Shown piece after piece: positions 56,700 through 64,000 of a DNA stretch of 64,000 nucleotides. The translations under genes and the position numbers were made by a program. The stretch spans positions 15,934,001-15,998,000 of the forward strand of contig OX597826.1 of the NCBI GenBank assembly GCA_951406725.2. The letters are read 5' to 3'. The notes under the pieces are model-generated. The model saw only the letters and a list, made by a program, of their open reading frames with translations, was not told where the DNA came from and did not search any database. This stretch comes from Octopus vulgaris. Taxonomy: Eukaryota. Numbering within the stretch: the first letter of the stretch is position 1; each line of letters begins with the position of its first letter.

Positions 56700-59600
56700 T
56701 TTAAATGCTATTGGTAGAAAGTTTGTGGTAATGATAATCACTGTGGTTATAGAATCGAGAATGGTTATAGAATCGAGAATGAAGCTATAGCCGATCATTG
56801 CGAAGGTTTCCCTCCCGGCAGGTCCGAAACAGCCAGCATCAGGAGCAGTGATCAGGCGTCGGACGGTCGTTATGTCGCAAAAGATCATATACACTGTTAG
56901 CGGAAACACAGACGTAAGTGCACGAAGGAAGTGTACGATACATCTATTGAATGGCATGAAAGAGCAAAGCTGAAAATAAGTCGTGGAGTTGGACGACGAA
57001 TCTTGAAACTTGGGATGGAAAAGGACACGTAGCCAATGTCAGAAAATAAACTATTGAACATAAGAGGGAGGATTACTTACTTGGAGTAGAAATATGTCGT
57101 ATTAATGAGTCTGAGATATCCTGCGGGTTGGTCGGGGTTGAAAACAGAGAGGTAGGAGTTAAACGCAGGGAGAAGAGTAGACAGGAGGAACAAGGGAATG
57201 GTGATGGAGCTGTTAAGAATGAGGAAAAGGAACGATATATACAATGAACACTGATAATGTGGTGGGTGGACATGCTGATTAAAATGAACCAACTAGACTT
57301 GATGAATGCTCTAGAAGCAAATATCCCCATGAATAAGAGAAGAGTAGATAGGAGAATGAAAAATAAAGTTACACAAATGGTAAATACTCTCATGCTGTAC
57401 ATCCAGACGGAGAACATAAAGCAAACAAGGAATCTTCTCCGAGCTATTGAGCTACTTGTTGAGGAGAAATTACAACTTGAAAGTGGAAGCCACGCATTGA
57501 AAAGGACATAATGCAGGCAAGGCAAGATCTATGAAAAACTGAACAATAGTTAAGAGGAAACTGGAAAAATGGGAAAATGTTTGACTGAGAAAAATAAGAC
57601 AAGAAATTCAAAATACGAAAGGGCGGGTTTGATGCAGTAATAGAGCAGTTAAAACAGAGGATCGTGGTAAAAAGCCAGGAGATCAGAAGATTTGTGAACA
57701 GAAAGAAGCAGTTCATGTAGAACATATTGTTCGAAAATAAGTCGAAGCAATTCTTCCGAACGTTAGAAGAAGACAATTGGGACAATGTTGCTCCTGATGC
57801 AAATCAAGCCAAGGAGTTCTGGAACGAAATATGGGGAAACAATGTGGTGCATAAAAGGGATGCAATATGGATAGGAATTATCAGGACATAATTATAAGGA
57901 GGAAAGAAACAAAGGAATATTGTCATAAGCACTGGTAATGTAAAAGGACAAGTGGGTAAAGTGCCTAACTGGAAAGCCCCCGGACCAGATGGGATTCATG
58001 GCTTCTGGATGAAGAGATGCCATGCAGTGCATGAAAGAATAGAAGGCTAATTAAATGAGTGTGTCCAGAAAGGTACACACCTCGCGTGGATGGTGACTGG
58101 GAGGACAACACTTCTAATGAAAGATAGAAGAAAGGGGAATATTGTGGGAAAGTACTGACTAAACTTAATCTGGAACATACTCACTGGAACAGGAAGAAAT
58201 ACTACGAAGGGAACAAAAAGGATGTAGGAAGATTACTCAGGGTACTAAGGGTCACCTGGAAATCGATAAAATAGTTCTGACGCATTGTAAAAAAACATCA
58301 TACAAACATGTTTATGAATTGTATTAACTTTAAGAAGACATATGATATGCCTCATTCTTGGATCGTTGATTGCCTGCAGATATTTAGTGTTGCTGACAAC
58401 ATCACAAATTTTCTGATGCATAGCATGGAAGAATGCAAAGCCAAATTGTACTCAAGTAACGTATTCCTTGGAGAAGTTAATATTAAAAGGGGTATCTTCT
58501 AAGGCGACATTTTTCTCCGTTACTTTTTGTAATTGCACTAATACCCATAACAATGGCACTTACACTTAGGAAGGTTAAGATGGGTTACCGATGAGGGAAT
58601 AAAGGCTCATCATTGAAACATCTGTTTATGGATGACCTGAAAATGTTTGGGAAATCTGAAAACCAGATAGGCTCCTTAACCAAAACAATCCAGAAGTGTG
58701 GTAGGGAGATCGGTATGGAATTTGGGATTACCGAATGCTCAGTACTTAATATGAAAAAGGAAGAAAGCATCCTGCAGATGATTACGGTTAACATCAGGAG
58801 AGACAATGGGTGAACCCGACGTTAGTGGGGAGATATATTTAGGGATTTTTGAGCTGGATAACATTCTACACAGAGAAATGAAAGCCAAGGTCAGCTAGGC
58901 GCATCAAAAAGTGTGAAGATGGTGTTGAATACCTAAAATTTGTTTACCGCAAGGAATATCTGGGCAATTGCAGGGGCCAGATATAGTGCGTCCATCCTCA
59001 AATAGACTAAGGAGGAAATATCAACACTGGGTAGCAGGACGAGAAATTGATGACGCTGCAAGGGGCGCTACACCCTAAAGCAAACGTAAACAGATTGTAT
59101 ATGAGAAGAAAGAAAGGTGGCAGGTGACTAATTAGTATAGACCATTGTATAAGGAGTGAAAGGAGACGGTTGCTGAGTATTTGGTAAATAGTGATGAAGA
59201 CCTGCTGTATTATGCTGTGCAAGATATGGGTGTAAATGTAGATTAAATGATGGCCAATGAGGAGTTTAACCAAAGTGTTGAGAAGAGAAAAGAAGACCTT
59301 CTTGAAATGAGAATGCATTTGAAAGGAATACACAAGACCTTAAGGATAATAGAGCATCGTGGGCATGGTGAGTTTGAGGTGATTTCAAGCGCATCACTGA
59401 AAGCCTGACCATTGCTGCACAAGACCAGGCTCTCGCTACCAATTCAGTGAAGTATAACATCTATAAAACTTCTGACATCCAGAAATGCAGACTCTTTGGA
59501 AATTGTGTAGAAAATGTGACTCACTTAATAAGTGCATGTGAGAGCCTTGCACAAAAAGAATACTAGGGTCGCCACGATTAATTCTGTGTTTTCATTGGCT

Positions 59601-60130
59601 CTTATGCTGTAAATACAAATATGAATTAACAGAAAACTGGTCTGAGCATGTACCAAGTGAAGTTATGCAGGAGGATGGAAAAGTAATGATACTCTGGGAC
59701 TATGATTTACAGAAGGATCGTGTGATCTAACATCGTCGGCCGGATATTGTGATATTGAATAAAAGAGGCAAATGCTGTCAGATTATTGATGTAGCCATAC
59801 CAAATGACATGAATGTCTGAGTTAAGCGATTGAAAAAAAATCACCAAGTACTCCGAATGAAAGTGGGAACGGCAGGACTCTATGGAATGCGAGAGTGTAA
59901 TGTAAATGTGATACCAGTGGTGAACTGAGCGTTGGGCTGAATCCCACTGAAACTTCAAAACTTCTTAAGGCAACTGGAAACCCCATGCCAGATTGTTGTC
60001 TTGCAAAAAACAGCCTTATTTGGCACAGCGTATATCTTAAGGAAAGTATTATCTGTCTTTGTTGTGACTTGACAGATGACTAAACACTCCGGTGCATTTT
60101 TACCTACATTGTTACGAAAGAATAATAATA
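56700..60130 (+). mobile_element. Near full-length decayed R4/Dong-like LINE (RT, CCHC, REL endonuclease)
   Basis: NWKAPGPDGIHGFW, EQKGCRK, RGIF*GD, HLFMDDLK, AAQDQALATN, CRL..VENVTHLISAC, RHD, RPDIV, IIDVAIP; tail GAAAG(AAT)n; multiple stops. Confidence 0.92.
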
Positions 60131-60149
60131 AAGAAAGTTCACATAGCCA

Positions 60150-60420
60150 ACCTAATTGAAATACTAGAGACTGATGTAAGAAGTGATACCAGTTGTGATC
60201 GGAGCATTAGGGTCAATCCTACTGAAATTACAAAAGTTCTTAAAGAGGCTGGAAAACGCTAGGAAGATTTATGTCATACACATTGAACATTGTTAGGTAC
60301 TGCGCACTTTTTAAGGAAAAGTAATGTGTCTGAGTTCCTTGCTGTGATTTTACAGATGCGTAAATACTCCGCGCCCTATTCCATCTTGACCCCATGAGAA
60401 AGAAGTAATAATTATTAAAA
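60150..60420 (+). mobile_element. Additional R4/Dong-like 3' fragment
   Basis: VIPVVIGALGSIP..LLGTAHFLRK. Confidence 0.75.
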
Positions 60421-62142
60421 CAATAATGATTATAAAATAACAGTGATGATGGGGATGGTCTTCATACTGATATTGTTTTTATTCCATTAAGTCCTCTCCA
60501 ATGAAGAGATATTTTTATTACAACGTGCATGTTTTAAAGAATGTCTAAAAAGCCGAACAAGGAGGAGAGAAACGAGATTAATATAACACATTGTATTCGA
60601 ATCCAGAAATGACCTGATAAGGACTATGTTTGAACTATCTGCCGAACAGAAAATCTTATACACACATACATACATACATACATGCATACATACAGACATG
60701 GTGGCAGCTGCTCTCTCTTTATCGGGTATGGCCATTGCGCGAAGGTTCATTAATGTTGTTATCGTGCAATTCCTGTGCAAGAATATTTTTTTTAAAGTGA
60801 GGAAAGGCTGTGCACTGAGTCAATCCCACTCACTAAGCAACAGCAGCCATACTCTGAAAAGAAGAACAAGTCAACATCATCGGTAACCACTGAGCCGCAG
60901 GTTTTATGTTGGAGTTATCCCAGTTACCTGCGTTACCTTCTCCTAGAAGGATGCCCTAACAAAGGCTCGGAGTCCTTCACTCCCAATGGTTTAACCGCGC
61001 GATCGGGTATTCATATATACATACATACATAAATACGTACATAAAATTATCCTGGTACAGGGATAAGATGACTGCCACTGCACAATTCCAGTATAATGCA
61101 AAAATGTTATTAACTATGCGATTATAACTCCGTGGGTGTAGGGACTTATTTTCGAAATCAACTTTTAAAACACAGATAAAGGTGTCCGAGGGAAAGGAAA
61201 GTTTTTCATGTATGCAGTTGCATAGCTTTTGTTCTACTTTCCTTAGAAATATATGTTGTATATATTTACCTATTCCCTTGTTATGCACGCTGTTTGTCTA
61301 TGTATGTTTATATATTATCAGTATGGCTGTCGTCATTGTTGGCAGCATCGTTATAACGTTGTCATCAGCATCATCATCATTATAATTATCATCATCACCA
61401 CCATCACCACCATCATCATCTTCATTATCGTTCACGATATCTGTCCTCCTCTGTGCCTCCTTATCTCTCACTATGTTCGACTAGAAATAAGGGTTGAATC
61501 CAGAAATGCTAAATGTATATTAAAAGCTCTATACGAAAAACAAAGCCATGGTTATTACATTAATTTATAACTAAGATTAAATTAACACTGACTTCGAGAT
61601 AATCACCTGCAAAATGTCATTAGTCTATCACTTGAAATTTTTCAATATATAGACATTAATTAAGATAAGGTATCTGAAAGTTCCGAATAACAATAAGTGA
61701 TATAATTGAGCTATTATCCAAAATGCGAAATGTAAATTTCTTAATTTGATGTCCCATTTACGAGTTTTACGTTGCTATAATCTGATATTTGTTATATTGG
61801 TTTAAAGCCATCAATTTAAGAAACACAAGGTCTTGGTCATAGCAATTGCCTAACATAACTGATACGTATATTGCCGATTCTAGGAACACGAATGCTAATT
61901 ACAAAAGCAATGGGATTTGCCCTTCTAATTTACAGAAATGAGAATAAATAACGACAGTAATTTACATTGCTTTGTGAATTATCGCTCCCGACATCTTGTC
62001 ACCCTAACTTGGTGGAATTATAATCAGGAGACATCATTAAGGAAAGAAACATCTTAATTGCAAGTGAAATTAAGTAAAAAATAAAGTGAACTCGTGAAAA
62101 ATGTCGCATGTCTTTAGGGAACATTGAAGTTAACAACTGGCA

Positions 62143-62330
62143 TCTCTTATTATAAAAGGCAGATTTTATCTGCCTCCCTTTGTCAGTTATAGAAATCTAC
62201 AATATAGGATTTCTTCAATTACAATTTATCTAGCATTTTTAAGAGTAGAATGCATCGGGTCATGCCAGGTCCAGTTTTTAAAATTTCAACCCCAATTAAG
62301 CAAAATTTACAGAAAACTCACTCTTAATGT
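62143..62330 (+). mobile_element. Helitron-like 5' end
   Basis: A|TCTCTTATTATAAAAG start with subterminal palindrome GGCAGATTTTATCTGCC; own 3' end not identified. Confidence 0.5.
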
Positions 62331-63018
62331 GGGCTACAGCACTCGCACACACACACACACACAAAAAGGAGCGAGCTCATTCACTCACGCTATCACTCAT
62401 TTCTACGACTTTCTCTTTGCAAGTAAAGTGAAACTAATTCGATAAAACGAGAGAAGTGTACCTTAAACCATTACTAAAAAAAAACAGCAAACAGAAACAA
62501 ATAAATACATAACGATTTACTCCTCACACAATTTCTTCAATTAGAGTGTACCCATGATTTTTCAGAGTACCTTCAGTGGGTGATGCCATAAAAAATGTCT
62601 TTCAATTTTACCACCAATTAAGACAAAATTCGAGAAAACTCAATATTTTAACATTTCACTCCGAAAGCATTGATGTACATGTGTGCGTGCGTGAGTGTGT
62701 GTGTGTCATTCCTCACACACACGCATACACATACATATATGAGAGTGGCAAACACACACGTTTCAAACAACTACATACAAACACGTGTGTGTTTGTTATT
62801 AGTAAAAAAGGCGTCAAAACACAACTCACTTATCATTCCAACACATTTGCTATAACAATACAGAAAAGGTAAATTGGTTTTTATTTTACTCTGTATATAT
62901 TTTATTATATAATATTATATATAGATATATGTATATATAATTGCAGTATGAAACAGTGTTTATGTATAAACAGACGACACTTATATATAGTTATTAATAA
63001 ATGTATGCATCCGTTTAA

Positions 63019-63340
63019 CCCTTTCGTTACCAAACCGCCCGAATTTACCTATTCATATTTAAATGAGAATATCAGAGTAAATCTCTTTAGTACATTCGTG
63101 AAAACACGTATTATACTTCGTAAAGAGTTCAACTACAGTTTTGTACAAAAATCGAAGTGTAATTTTAATTCCCTGAATTATGGGAGATTTTTTTCCGAAA
63201 TTTGTTCCTATTGTGTTTTCAAAATTTGTAATTCTGACAAAAAATGGATACGAATTTCATTATATCAAGCAGCGAGTCAGAATTCGAAGGATTTTCTACT
63301 GAAGACCTTCATAAATCTAACTCTATGACTGAAAAAAAAA
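63019..63340 (+). mobile_element. piggyBac-like 5' end
   Basis: TTAA|CCCTTT terminus; acidic N-terminus MDTNFIISSSESEFEGFSTEDL. Confidence 0.6.
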
Positions 63341-63344
63341 AGCA

Positions 63345-63739
63345 TCTTTATATAAGAGTGAAGTTGTGTGTATGTCTCCTACGATTTAGATTTGTAACTA
63401 CTCCCACATTTTGCGGTGCAGTTTAACCAAAAGCGTGTATCTTATAGTCGTGATTCATATCGAGCCCTTCTGGGTATTAGCGTGCGTCTACGATGAGACT
63501 ACGATTTAAAAAAAATTTACCATCATATTTTTCCATTTTAATGCATTTTTGTCGCTTTTATATAAGGGAAGTAACTCTCTAAAAATATCTACGATGTGTC
63601 AACGATTTAAAAAAAAATTTACCTTAATTATTTTTCAATTTTTAATGCATTTTTTGCTATTTTTTGGCTATAACTCTCTAAAAATGCTTATATAGTTATT
63701 TCCCTTACAAACCCGAGCAACGCCGGGCGATACTGCTAG
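63345..63739 (+). mobile_element. Non-autonomous Helitron
   Basis: A|TC 5' end; 3' hairpin CCCG-agcaacgc-CGGG followed by CTAG|T; no TSD. Confidence 0.85.
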
Positions 63740-63860
63740 TCATTATATAAATGTTTATTTTAGAGTTTATAAGTATATGGCAATGCGCTTCTATTCAACA
63801 ACAGAAAAGGTAAATTATATCTGACTGTCAATCCATCTCACTATATTTCTCTCTTTGTAA

Positions 63861-64000
63861 GGCGGCGAGCGAGCAGAAACGTTAGCATTCCGGGCGAAAT
63901 TCTTAGCGGTATTTCGTCGGTCTTTACGTTCTGAGTTTAAATTCCGCCGTGGCCAACTTTGCCTTTCATCCCTTCGGGATCGATAAATTAAGTGCCAGTT
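63861..64000 (+). mobile_element. tRNA-derived SINE (Nin/Deu-like family), cut by the window edge
   Basis: GGCGGCGAGCGAGCAGAAACGTTAGC...GAGTTTAAATTCC...GCCTTTCATCCCTTCGGGATCGATAAATTAAGT. Confidence 0.9.

Noticed and set aside
56743-56780. 18-bp direct repeat (also 22-bp repeats at ~32870 and 27487) as CRISPR-like
   Set aside because: Only two adjacent copies with no spacers; ordinary slippage duplications in a eukaryote
60690-61010. Possible RTE-like 5' fragment
   Set aside because: Resemblance too weak to support without a search

Overview
AT-rich eukaryotic intronic/intergenic DNA, most likely octopus (inferred from recognisable tRNA-derived SINE families, microsatellite load and TE repertoire; not database-checked). 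No intact host protein-coding gene is supported; most ORF-track entries are microsatellite translations or decayed TE fragments. The window contains decayed R4/Dong-like (TAA)n-associated LINEs, L1/Tx1-like LINE pieces, Tc1/mariner fossils, Helitron and piggyBac pieces, a MITE carrying telomeric repeats, and many SINEs. The main signal is 14 minimal type I hammerhead ribozyme (HHR) motifs, intact or decayed, in six unrelated sequence families, with the short palindromic stem III typical of Penelope-like elements and retrozymes. They include a tRNA-headed SINE with an HHR tail (5 copies), ~340 and ~410 bp HHR monomers, and a CUGUNGA core variant. Four loci contain inverted HHR pairs, all head-to-head.
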